Below are positions 49,627 to 60,563 of a stretch of DNA of 64,000 bases, one piece after another (within the stretch, counting starts at the first letter, position 1; every line of letters begins with the position of its first letter). The position numbers and the translations under genes are program-made. The notes beneath the pieces were generated by a model. That model ran no database searches. It saw only the letters and a program-made list of their open reading frames with translations, and was not told the origin of the DNA. This DNA is from Vitrella brassicaformis CCMP3155 (taxonomy: Eukaryota; Protista; Chromerida), in assembly GCA_001179505.1 (NCBI GenBank), contig CDMY01000047.1, positions 62,001 through 126,000 of the forward strand. The letters are read 5' to 3'.

Positions 49627-51297
49627 TCAGCCATGAGCCACCCGCCCGGCGGCTCCACGGGCATCGTCGGTCGCTGACGGCACTTGGCCACGATGAGGTG
49701 TCATGACGCGCAAGCCCACGGGTGTCCTCTCACCCCAACAGACAGCCTTTTGAGTGTCGGTACTTTCTGTCTGTCTGTTTCCTCGTCTGTTTGCGTACCT
49801 CTGGGGAGCAAGCCCGGGGTGTTGATGTACTGCCCTGTGTATGTGTATGCCCCCCTCGTGCCCTGCCCGCCCCCAGCCGTGCCGCCGTAGCCTGCAGGCG
49901 GCGCCATCGGTCGGTAGTTGTGAGCCATGCTCATGGGCGGCACAGGCAGATGGGGGTACTGCGGCGACTGGTAGTAGTAGAGGTTTGGCGGCACGGGAGC
50001 CGGCGGGTGGTAGGGGGGGCGATGGGAGGCTGGGCCTGCTGCTGTGTGTATGGAAGGCGGGCGATATTTGGCCGCACGGCAGCAGAGCGAGGGTGGACGG
50101 GAGCTGGCGACACGACAGGTGCACCAGCAGCACCAGCACCAGCACCAGCAGCGGACCTGATCGAATCAATCCAGCCAAACAGACGGAATGAATGAGAGTG
50201 CATACAGGATGATGCCTGTGGCTTCTGTTGGCCTACAGAGTAGCTGCCGGGAATGCCTCCTGGACGAGCGATCCGTCAACGCTGAGACACCAGACAGACC
50301 CACAACAGACACAGATAACCAATGCCATTCGTCCATCCGTTCTCTGTGCCGTCCGCCCTCTTGTCTGACCCACCTGCCGTGTCCAGCCCCCTGCCCCTCC
50401 CCTGGCTGCACTCCACCACCACCACCAGCAACACGCCCACTAATACCCGCCTGCATGACGGACACAGACAGAGAGAGATATACCAACGATGGATTCATTC
50501 CCCTGTCTGTCGTGGCCGTGCTAGCTTACCAATGCCACCTAGATACCGTCCTCGCGAACCCCCCTCCTCCTGCGCCCCTGCCCCCACCATCGTTGCCACC
50601 ACGACGCCCACCGCTATCTCCATCCCTCGCCACACACGCCGCATCCCGTAGCCCATCTGCCGCTGCCGCTGTCGCCGCCCCCTCTGCTGGTCTTGTCGGT
50701 ACCACACTGGTCAGCACCTCCCGCAGCTGCCCAGCGACGTCATCCTCCTCAGGGTCCTGTTCGTTGTCCTGTCGCTCGATGGCTGGTGGACTCTTGATGG
50801 TGTTGTCGCGACGGGGTGCGGCCTGGGCGGCGCTGCTGCTGGCCGAGGGGTGAGTGGGGGCGTTGTTCATGTTGGCAGAAGTGCTGGCAGCCGCGGCAGC
50901 ACCAGCAGATCCGGAAGACGACTCCTACACGACAACAGAGAACAGAGAAGGTGCATTTGGATGGATGGATGGATGGGTGGGCGTGTGGGCATCAGTTGGG
51001 TGAGCACAAACCTGTATTTATTTGGTTGATTGAGGGGGGAGGGGGAGGTTGGTCCTGTCTCCCGCTATGTCCACCATCCCCACCCCCACCTCGACCACCA
51101 CCAGCCCTCTCCGTACCGACCTCACGCCAAGGCGCAGCTGCTGCAGCTGCCGCAGCAATGGCAGCAGCGGGGCCATTTACCACCGCTCGGTCCTCTGGGG
51201 GATCCTGAGCCTGCTCGTCCTGGATGTCTTGGGCGGTCCTCAATGACGTCTGGGGATCGTGTTGGTCGTCAGCTGCTGGCGGAGGGCTGTGGGACAT
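49627..51297 (-). CDS. Hypothetical low-complexity (Ala/Gly/Pro/Tyr-rich) spliced protein; ends uncertain
   Basis: Splice-bounded open exons MSHSPPPAADDQHDPQ..., NMNNAPTHPSASS... and YYYQSPQYPHLPVPPMSMAHNY. Confidence 0.45.
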
Positions 51298-51426
51298 GGT
51301 TGTCTTGGACGCGACTGCTCGCAGCCCCAGACGCGGCCTACACGAAGGAAGAAAAGAGAAGAAGGGACATGGGCATGGATGGAAGGATGGACGGATGTGT
51401 GTGTGTGGGGGGGGGGGGGATCGATG

Positions 51427-51726
51427 NNNNNNNNNNNNNNNNNNNNNNNNNNNNNNNNNNNNNNNNNNNNNNNNNNNNNNNNNNNNNNNNNNNNNNNNNN
51501 NNNNNNNNNNNNNNNNNNNNNNNNNNNNNNNNNNNNNNNNNNNNNNNNNNNNNNNNNNNNNNNNNNNNNNNNNNNNNNNNNNNNNNNNNNNNNNNNNNNN
51601 NNNNNNNNNNNNNNNNNNNNNNNNNNNNNNNNNNNNNNNNNNNNNNNNNNNNNNNNNNNNNNNNNNNNNNNNNNNNNNNNNNNNNNNNNNNNNNNNNNNN
51701 NNNNNNNNNNNNNNNNNNNNNNNNNN
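51427..51726. other. Assembly gap (300 N) with duplicated flanks
   Basis: gtgtg-G(n)-atcgatg is present on both sides. Confidence 0.97.
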
Positions 51727-51802
51727 GTGTGGGGGGGGGGGGGATCGATGAGTGTACCGCTATATAGTTGCGAGATTAAGAGTGCAGGTTCAGCCCGTGT
51801 CG

Positions 51803-51860
51803 CGTGCAAAAGGGTCACACTTACAACAGATATAAAATGTAGGCAGCAATAGAATCCCCC
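51803..51860 (-). repeat. Dispersed motif, copy 3 (3' flank of kinase copy 1)
   Basis: Reverse complement reads gggggattctattgctgcctacattttatatctgttgtaagtgtgacccttttgcacg. Confidence 0.85.
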
Positions 51861-51872
51861 CTACCCCCTCCC

Positions 51873-53538
51873 TCAGTAGCAGCTCTTGCGCTTTGGGGTT
51901 GGGCGGGTGCGTCGGGCTGCTGGCGGCTCGAACCTGAGAGACACACATGGACAAAGACACACAAAGAGGTGTGAGGGCCCATCCAATCATCTTGTTCTCG
52001 TGTGATGGTCGAGTCACTTACCACGGGCTGGCGGCGCACTCGGCGAGCGTCGGGCGCTTGGTGGGGTCCGCCTCGGTCATCTGCGCTAGGAGCGCCACAC
52101 ACTGCGGTGAGAGGTCGCGGCGGCCAAATAGGGGCTGAGGTGACACTAACACACAAACATAGGCCCACACAGAGCACATTCACGTGGCCACAGGGGGAAT
52201 GCTTGCATCACTCCAGCTCACCGGCGCGTATGGTGACCTGTCTGAGATATTCTCGTGGCCCAGGCACAGCAGCTGTCTTATCAGACGCCTGCAAGCATAA
52301 GACACGAGCCACATGAACATAATGCCGCTACCGTTCAGTCTGTCCATGTGGCGTGCAAGTCGGCTGACCCTATGACATGTACGGCGGCCTTCTCGGCGTC
52401 GAACAGACCGTGGGGCACGAATGTCTGCACACGCAAGACAACACACACATCCGGTGCGAATGGGCGTGTTGATGTCTGTCGCCTTGCACCCGGCCGTGTG
52501 GGTACCTCTGGGGCATGGATAAAGAGGGAGCCGACGAGGTTGGCCTTATTGCGCACGAATGTGTTGCCCTGTGTGCACGTCAGACACATAGAGAGATACG
52601 CGCCGATGTGGTCGCTGGTGCATTGCGCGCGCGTGTGTGTGGATGTGTACCTGCGAGGGGTCGGAGAGGAGCGCGTTGCCGGAATCTATCATCTTCAGGT
52701 CCTCCCCGCCAGCCCTCTCGAACATGATATTACCACAGTGGTAGTCCCTGCAGCAGACAGAGGCGACACAAATGGCGACAGATATGCCGAATGAGCAGAA
52801 AGAAGTGCGTCTGTGCAGCGGCTCTCTGCATCCACGTGTGTGTGCTGCGTACCCGTGTTATACTCCCCGCGCTATTAGGCCCTTGTTGGCCGTGACGAGC
52901 TGGCGGGCCCATTCCCTGGCGAGGGACTCGGTGACGGTGCTGCGCCCGTAGTTGTCGACGTAGATCGCCGACGGGCCAGCGCACCGGTCATACAGCGAGC
53001 CCCCCGCCAGGTACTCCAGCTCGAAGAAGGATGCCCCCTCCATATGATAAACTTGCACCCAGACAGATGCCAACCACACACGCCACGCCATGGTATGCCA
53101 TTCCGTGTCATGTGTCCTCCCTCTGCATGCATGTGTCAGTGCAGCCATGTGCTTACCCCCCTGAGCTGCACGACCTTGTCCAGCCCCTGCAGGCGGCCCA
53201 ACACCATCATCTCCCTATGCACTACGTCAGTTGTCCATGTAGTACTTCCTCCCCATCTGGTCCTTGGCGTAGGCCCTTTTGTTGGCCACCTTTCGCAGCG
53301 CGCACACCCTCCCCGCATCGCGGCGGCGGGCGAGGTATGCCGCGCCCTTGCTGCCCTCTCCCAGCGGGCCGTCGTTGGTGAAGAATGGCTTTGGGAAGCA
53401 TGGTCCGCTGCCGAGAGGGCTATCCCGCTGCACATAGTGCACGGGGATCGGGGAGGGGTGCTGCAGTGTTGGCGGTGCGGTGCTGTTGCCAGATGGGCCA
53501 AATACGGCATGGCGCAGCTTCTCGAGCAGTGGGATCAT
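51873..53538 (-). pseudogene. Atypical protein kinase paralog 1, disrupted
   Basis: LGEGSKGAAY, CALRK and HAPE motifs. Frameshift near 53229 (aac t gac), TAC>TAA at 52858-52860 in YHGD, and DFG>DSG. Confidence 0.85.
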
Positions 53539-54224
53539 CGCGTCACTGCTGCAGGTAGAAGATTGTCGACTTGCTGAGGCAAAAAGGAAGAAGCGGAGGA
53601 AAGGTGGAACTGCTGTGACGACCACACGGATTGAAGCCACGTACCGTCTGTTGAGAACAATGTCGAGGAACGGAGACGGGTATCAAAGAAGAGATCATCA
53701 TCTCATCTGAACACAAGACATGAAGGGAGACCGGTCGCACGCACCTGCACACACACCAGCACACCGACACACATATGCTCACACACCAACACCCGCAACA
53801 CCCCCCTCCCTCTCTCCTCTTCCCGACCTGTGCCTTGTGTGAGACCATTGATGTGTCTGAGCCGTTGGTAGTACTGTAGACGATGCCGATGAGATGAAGA
53901 TGTCTGTGGGCCTCCATGAGCCCCCCGAACAGGCCGCTGTACGTACATGGGCTCGGTGCCGTAGTATGTACTCGACGCCGGTCTGTGTGAGCGCCTTGCC
54001 GAAGTAGTCAGTCGATGCTGTCTGTCGTCCCACTCGTCGCCCTTGTCCTCCTTGTCCAGAGGCAGCCCCGGCCGCTTGAACATACGCAGATACACGACAA
54101 CAGAATGAACCGCTGATCTCCATCTGGATAAGAGAATGGAGTCATCACTTTTCACTGACCGAACCTTCCTCTGTGTCGCTGCTATGCCAACCGAGTATTA
54201 GACACCCCCGAAGTCGACTTTGCT

Positions 54225-55747
54225 CTACGCCAACCCCACCATCTTGCCGCGCACGTCCTTGTACTTGTAGCCGTGCTTGTGGTTGATCTTGAGTACCAGG
54301 CGGCCGAGTTCGGCGGCCCACTTCATGCGGAGGTCGGTCTCGTCGAAGTTCCGCTTCAAAGACTCCTTCACGGCAGTCTGAGCACACGCGCACAATGAGA
54401 CGCGGACAAGAAACACGCTCTCTGTCTCTCTCTATGTGTGAACGTGCTGTAACCGTACGAGTCCTCCCAGTGGAATGTTCCATATGGCGAAATCATAGCC
54501 TACAAATTCCACGACATACATTGCATGTATCATTGGCTTTCTCCTTATCCCACAGTCACTTCCAGTCCTTGCTATTTCATTGTGCTTTGTGCGTATCTGT
54601 GAAGGTGACCTTGTCCAGCAGATCGATGATCTTCGGCTCCATCTCCCCCCGCCCTTCTCCGGCCCATTAAGCTCCGCCTTGAGTTTGACGGGCTCGGGCG
54701 AGCCGGTGGCGGTGCCCACGGCAGCGAGTGGCGTTGGCTACACAACCAGCAGAATCATCACCAGAGATGAATGTCAAGACAAAGGCAATGATGCTCTCAC
54801 CTCTCAGCCGGGCCAGCCCTTTGTTCTTCTTGATCTCCTCCTTGCGCCTCCTCTCCCTCTTCTCCTCTCGGACCTCCCGGGTGTCGACACCCTCTGCTTG
54901 CGCATCAGAGCGATCCGTGTGTCGTGCGTGTGTCGTGTGTGCGTGTGTGCGACGACCCACTTGCAGCAGGGTCGGCTCGGCTGTGGTTGCTCAGCTTCTC
55001 TCCTCTCCAGCTGGTCCATACATAGCGTTCTGCCTGCATCTACGAGCATGCAGGCCAGACAGACAGACAGACAGACAGGCAGACAGGCAGGCAGGCAGAC
55101 AGGCAGAGACAAACACACACACACACCAGAAAAGAGAGGAAGAGATGTGAGGGACACAATTGAAGACGTCACTTCTCTCTTCTGCCTGTCTTGACGTGCG
55201 TACCTGCGCCAAGGTAGGCTGCTGTCCTGATATGAACCAACGAACGAAGCCAGCCAAGAAACAAAGGACAAACAACACAAACAAAGGACAAACAACCCAG
55301 ACCCTCACAAACAACGTACAAGGGCTAGCTACCTTGCTACACACAAACAAACATACATAAAGATGCGGACACGCATACACACACGGCTGGCGGTCTCTAT
55401 TCATTTCACTTGCATGCCACGCGTCTATCGGTCGGTGGGGGAGCGGAGGAGTTAGTTGGATTGATGATTTTGATATGTTAAGGGCGAATTAAGGGTGTTT
55501 GTTTCTGTGTTGCCGAGGTGTAGATGCGCGTCCACAAAACGGGGCCGGGTTTCGTTACCGTTTGTTTGAAGCGTAGAAGGCCATGAGGTGGGCGGGCGAT
55601 GAGGCCATGGGCGTCGATCGAGGAGAGATGAGGAGCCAGCGAAAGCTTGGGCTCTTGTTCCTTCTTGCACAGAGAGAGAGACGATGGGGCGAAACTTCAC
55701 TTACCTGTTTGGGAGACGGCCACCAGGAGAAACAGCCAAAATCTCAT
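54225..55747 (-). CDS. Hypothetical protein with putative bipartite (plastid) targeting; possible frameshift in a G6 run near 54645-54650
   Basis: Spliced MRFWLFLLVAVSQTEGTRAQAFAGSSSLL..., then EEKRERRRKEEIKKNKGLARLR and last exon TAVKESLKRNFDETDLRMKWAAELGRLVLK...GLA*. Confidence 0.5.
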
Positions 55748-56134
55748 CTGCACGCCAACCTGCAGGGCACGTGAGGCCATCACAGCAATGAAAAGGACAA
55801 TGCAGTGGTCCTTGAACATCACATCCATACACCATACCGTCACCGCAGCCAACAGAAAAAAAGAAGGTACTCACCTGAGAGGATGTTCAAAGTTTGAAGA
55901 CAAAGCAAGGCGTCGGCGCACTCAGCTGACGCCAGACAGGCGTCAGACAGTCGCCAACGTTCAGCAAAAGGCAGGGCGCCACCGGCGAAGGCCTTGCTCG
56001 TGGCACGGCGGTAGAGGAAGGAAGTGGCAGGCGAAATCCGGACGAGTTGGGAGGGGCGGGAGGGGATGGGGCGGACCACATAAGCCAAAAAGCAAGTGAA
56101 AAGAAAACGGGCTATCTGTGGCCGAGAGAAGGCT

Positions 56135-56324
56135 GGAGAGCCGAAACGGTGGAAAAATCTGACAAAAACAATCCATTAGAATCAATGTAGGGTTTGTGGG
56201 GTTTAGGGTGTCCCGTCGAGAAAACTGATTCTCGCCGCCTTCCTCGCCAACCCGTCCATTAAGCGAAATTCGTGATGGTGACTGTCCATCAGCAGTGGCA
56301 TGTCGGCGGGCGCTCCGGCGGATG
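56135..56324 (+). repeat. About 190-bp direct copy of the BRCA1-like promoter plus its first 8 codons
   Basis: Near-identical to 60389-60588 (ccgaaacggtggaaaaatctgac...atgtcggcgggcgctccggc.gatg). Confidence 0.92.
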
Positions 56325-57987
56325 ACCAGCGAAAGCAACAAATGTTGAGTTTCCTCTCCAGGCTGCTTAGCCGTCCCGCTCTCTCCACCCCCAGCAGCGC
56401 ACCGCCCTCCCCGATCCCGGTGCATTGCGTGCAGCGGGACACACCACTGGGCAGCGGGCCATGCTTCCCGCAGCCATTCTTCAACAACGACGGCTGCTGG
56501 GAGAGGGCAGCGAGGGCGCGGCATTTCTCGCCAGCCGCCGCGATACGGGGAGGGTGTGCGCGTTGAGGAAGGTGGCCAACAAAGTGCGGTACGGCCTTGA
56601 CCAGCTGGGGCGGGAGCTGTATGCGGACTCATTTGATCTGGTGCATAGGGAGATGATGGTGTTGAGCCGCCTGCATGGGGTCGACAAGGTGGTGCAGCTG
56701 AAGGGGGTAAGCACATGGCTGCACTGACACATTCAGGCACAGAAAGGGCACAGAAAAGGAGATGGCATATCATGGCGTGGCGTGTGTGGTTGGCATCTGT
56801 CTGGGTGCAGGTTTATCACATGGAGGGGGCATCCTTCTTCGAGCTAGAGTACCTGGCGGAAGGCTCGCTGTACACCCGGTGCGGTGGCCCGACGGCCATC
56901 TACGTCGACAACTATGGCCGCAGCACGGTGTCCGAGTCCCTCGCCAGGGAATGGGCCCGCCAGCTCGTCACGGCCAACAAGGGCCTAATAGCGCGGGGAG
57001 TATACCACGGGTACCCAGCACACACACGTGGATGCAGACAGCCGCTGCACAGGCGCACCTGGTCCGGCTCATTCGGCATGTCTGTCGCCATTTGTGTCGC
57101 CTCTGTCTGCTGCAGAGACTACCATGCCAACAACATAATGTTTGAGAGGGCGGGCAGCCAGGACCTCAAGATGATAGACTTCGGCAATGCGCTCCTCTTC
57201 GACCCCTCGCAGGTACACATCCACACACACACACACGCAATACCCCAGCTGACCCCATCGGCTCACATCCCTCTGTGTCTGATGTGCACACAGGGGAACA
57301 CATTCGTCCCTAATAGGGCCAATCTCATTGGCTCGCCCTTCATCCACGCGCCCGAGGTACCCACACGGCCGGGTGCAAGGCGACATCAACACAGCCATTC
57401 ACACCGGATGTGTGTGTTGTCTTGCGTGTGCAGACCTTCGTGCCCCACGGCGTGTTCGACGCCGAGAAGGCCGCCGTATACGCCATAGGGTCAGTGCACC
57501 TTCTATTCCGCATGGACACGGTGAATGGTGGCGGCATTGTGTCCATGTGGTTCGTGTCGTCTGCCTGCAGTCGCTTGATTAGGCAGCTCTTGTGCTGGGG
57601 CTACGAGAATATCTCTGATACGTCAGCCTACGCGCCGGTAAGTTGGAGTGCTGCAAACATTCCCCCTGTGGCCACGTGAATGGGCTCTGTGTGTTTGTAT
57701 GTGTGTGTTGGTGTCACCTCAGCCCGTGTTTGGCCGCCGGGACTTGTCCCCGGAGTGCATAGCATTGCTGACGCAGATGACGGAGGCCGACCCCACCAAA
57801 CGCCCGACGCTGGACGAATGCGCCGCCAGCCCGTGGTAAGTGACTCGACCACCACACGAGAATGCGCCGAGTGGACGGGCCCTCACACCTCTATGTGTGT
57901 CTTTGTCCATGTGTGTCGGTCAGGTTTGTGCCGCCCCCGCCCACACGCACCCGCCCGGCACCGAGACGAAAGACCTGCTGCTGCTGA
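56300..57987 (+). pseudogene. Atypical protein kinase paralog 2 (chimeric start MSAGAPAD; 1-nt deletion near 56494)
   Basis: YHGDYHANNIMF, DFGN, HAPE and DPTKRPTL motifs. It has ggctgc where paralog 3 has ggcctgc, which shifts the frame before the Gly loop. Spliced end RRKTCCC*. Confidence 0.8.
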
Positions 57988-58654
57988 GCCATCCTCTACC
58001 CCACTCCCCCTCCGCACTTCTCTCTCATCTGACGGCCCTGAGATCTCAAGCCGACGTCCACCTGACCTGACCCAATCGAGTAGACAAGGGAGGCGCCAGG
58101 GTGTGGTGTTGTTGATGGGGAGATCTGCTTTTGCGTATGTGTTCCGGGTGGTGGTGCTGGCATGGTGCGGGTGTGTGTTTCCCTTGATTGTACAGCCCCC
58201 CGGCTTTTTCGCCCCTCGTCTCCGTGCATAGCTAGCGCGAGTGTGCGCATGTCTGTGTGGTGTGGTGGCTTTCTGTCCGTGTGTTCCATCCAGTCAGTGC
58301 CCCTGCGTGGAGCGTATGGATGCATCGCATCCACTGACGCACCGCCCGTGGCCGGCCGGCCACAGAGAGACCAATGAATGACCCACCCCGCTACCCCGCT
58401 TTGCCCCACCCATACAGCGCTCTACTCCGTCTCTCTTTGTATGCGAGACATACGACTTCATGGAAGGGATGATTGGTTGATGACTAACTCGGCCTGCGTC
58501 ATGCGCCTGAATGAGTGTGGGAAATCTGAATCCGACGACCAGGCTGAGTGTGGGCACCAAAACACACACGGGCTACCACCAGCCAGACGGTGCACGTAAT
58601 ACACGTCCATCAGGGGCAGAACAGACAACAGAACGACTGTCTGTGGGTGCGTCG

Positions 58655-58712
58655 CATGCGAAGGGGTCACACTTACAACAGATATAAAATGTAGGCAGCA
58701 ATAGAATCCCCC
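58655..58712 (-). repeat. Dispersed motif, copy 4 (3' flank of kinase copy 3)
   Basis: Reverse complement reads ggggattctattgctgcctacattttatatctgttgtaagtgtgacccc. Confidence 0.85.
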
Positions 58713-58724
58713 CTCCCCCCTCTC

Positions 58725-60382
58725 TCAGCAGCAGCTCTTGCGCTTCGTTGCCGGGCGGGTGCGTGTGGCTGCTGGCGGCTCGAACCTGAGAGACACACAT
58801 GGACAAAGACACACAAAGAGGTGTGAGGGCCCGTCCACTCGGCTCGTTCTCGTGTGGTGGTCGAGTCACTTACCAGCTGCTCTTGGCGCACTCGTCCAGC
58901 GTGGGGCAGTTGGTGGGGTCGGCCTCGGTCATCTGCGTCAGCAATGCTATGCACTCCGGGGAGAGATCCCGGCGGCCAAAGACGGGCTGAGGTGACACCA
59001 ACACACATAGACCCACACAGAGCCCATTCACGTGGCCACAGGGGGAATGTTTGCATCACTCCAGCTTACCGGCGCGTATGACGATGTGTCAGATATGTTC
59101 TCGTGGCCCCAGCACAACAACTGCCGCATCAGACGCCTGCAAGCAGACGACACGAGCCACATGGACACAATGGCGCCACCATTCAGTCTGTCCATGTGGC
59201 GTGCAAGTCGGCTGACCCTATGGCATGTACGGCGGCCTTCTCGGCGTCGAACACACCGTGGGGCACGAATGTCTGCACACGCAAGACAACACACACGTCC
59301 GGTGCGAATGGGCGTGTTGATGTGCCTTGCACCCGGCCGTGTGGGTACCTCGGGGGCATGGATAAAGAGGGAGCCGACGATGCTGGCCTTGTTGCGGACG
59401 GTCGTGTTGCCCTGTGTGCACATCAGACACATAGAGAGATGTGAGCCGATGGGGTCAGCTGGGGTATTGCGTGTGTGTGTGTGTGTGTGTGTACCTGGGA
59501 GGGGTCGAACAGTAGCGCATTGCCGAAGTCTATCATCTTCAGGTCCTGGCTATCCGCCCTCTCAAACATAATGTTGTTGGCATGGTAATCCCTGCAGCAG
59601 ACAGAGGCGATACAAATGGCGACAAAGATGCCGAATGAGCCGGACCAGGTGCGCCTGTGCAGCGGCTGTCTGCACCCACGTGTGTGTGCTGGGTACCCGT
59701 GGTATACTCCCCGCGCTATGAGGCCCTTGTTGGCCGTGATGAGCTGGCTGGCCCATTCCCTGGCGAGGGACTCGGACACCGCGCTGCGGCCATAGTTGTC
59801 GACGTAGATGGCCGTCGGGCAACCGCACCGGGTGTACAGCGAGCCTTCCGCCAGGTACTCCAGCTCGAAGAAGGATGCCCCTTCCATATGGTACACCTGC
59901 ATCCAGGCAGATGCCAACCACACACGCCCCACGCCATGGTATACCATCTCCTTTTCTGTGCCCTCCCTGTGCATGCATGTGTCAGTGCAGCCATGTGCTT
60001 ACCCCCTTCAGCTGCAAGACCTTCTTCAGCCCCTGCAGCCGCCCCAGCACCATCATCTCCCCATGCACCACGTCGAACTTGTTCATGAAGAGAACCCGCC
60101 CCAGCTGGTCAAGGCCGTACCGCACCTTGTTCGCCACCTTGCGCAGCGCGCACACCCTCCCCGTATCGCGGCGGCTGGCGCGAAACGCCGCGCCCTCGCT
60201 GCCCTCTCCCAGCAGGCCGTCGTTGGTGAAGAATGGCTTTGGGAAGCATGGTCCGCTGCCCAGGGGGCTATCCCGCTGCACATAGTGCACGGGGATCGGG
60301 GAGGGGTGCTGCACTGGTGGCGGTGCGTGGTGGCGGCACACGGGCCAAAGATGGCCCGGCGAAGCTTCTCGAGCAGCAGCAT
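58725..60382 (-). pseudogene. Atypical protein kinase paralog 3 (1-nt deletion near 60328; subdomain XI KR>NC)
   Basis: The MLLLEKLRRAIFGP start is out of frame with the PSPIPVHY...LGEGSEGAAF kinase domain. YHGDYHANN and DFGN are intact. Spliced end KRKSCC*. Confidence 0.75.
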
Positions 60383-60388
60383 CTCTCC

Positions 60389-60563
60389 GGAGACCCGAAA
60401 CGGTGGAAAAATCTGACAAAATCAATCCATTAGAATCAATGTAGGGTTTGTGGGGTTTAGGGTGTCTCGTCGAGAAAACCGATTCTCGCCGCCTTCCTCG
60501 CCAGCCCGTCCATTGAACGAACGAATGGTTCATTCGTGATGGTGACTGTCCATCAGCAGTGGC
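60389..60563. promoter_or_regulatory. Putative bidirectional promoter between kinase paralog 3 and the BRCA1-like gene, with telo-box-like motifs
   Basis: Only 181 bp separates the divergent ATGs. Contains tagggttt (60442) and gggtttaggg (60453). Confidence 0.55.

Noticed and set aside
51873-60382. Kinase repeats as transposons
   Set aside because: No transposase or RT ORF, terminal inverted repeats or TSDs were seen, and introns are retained. Segmental duplication fits better.
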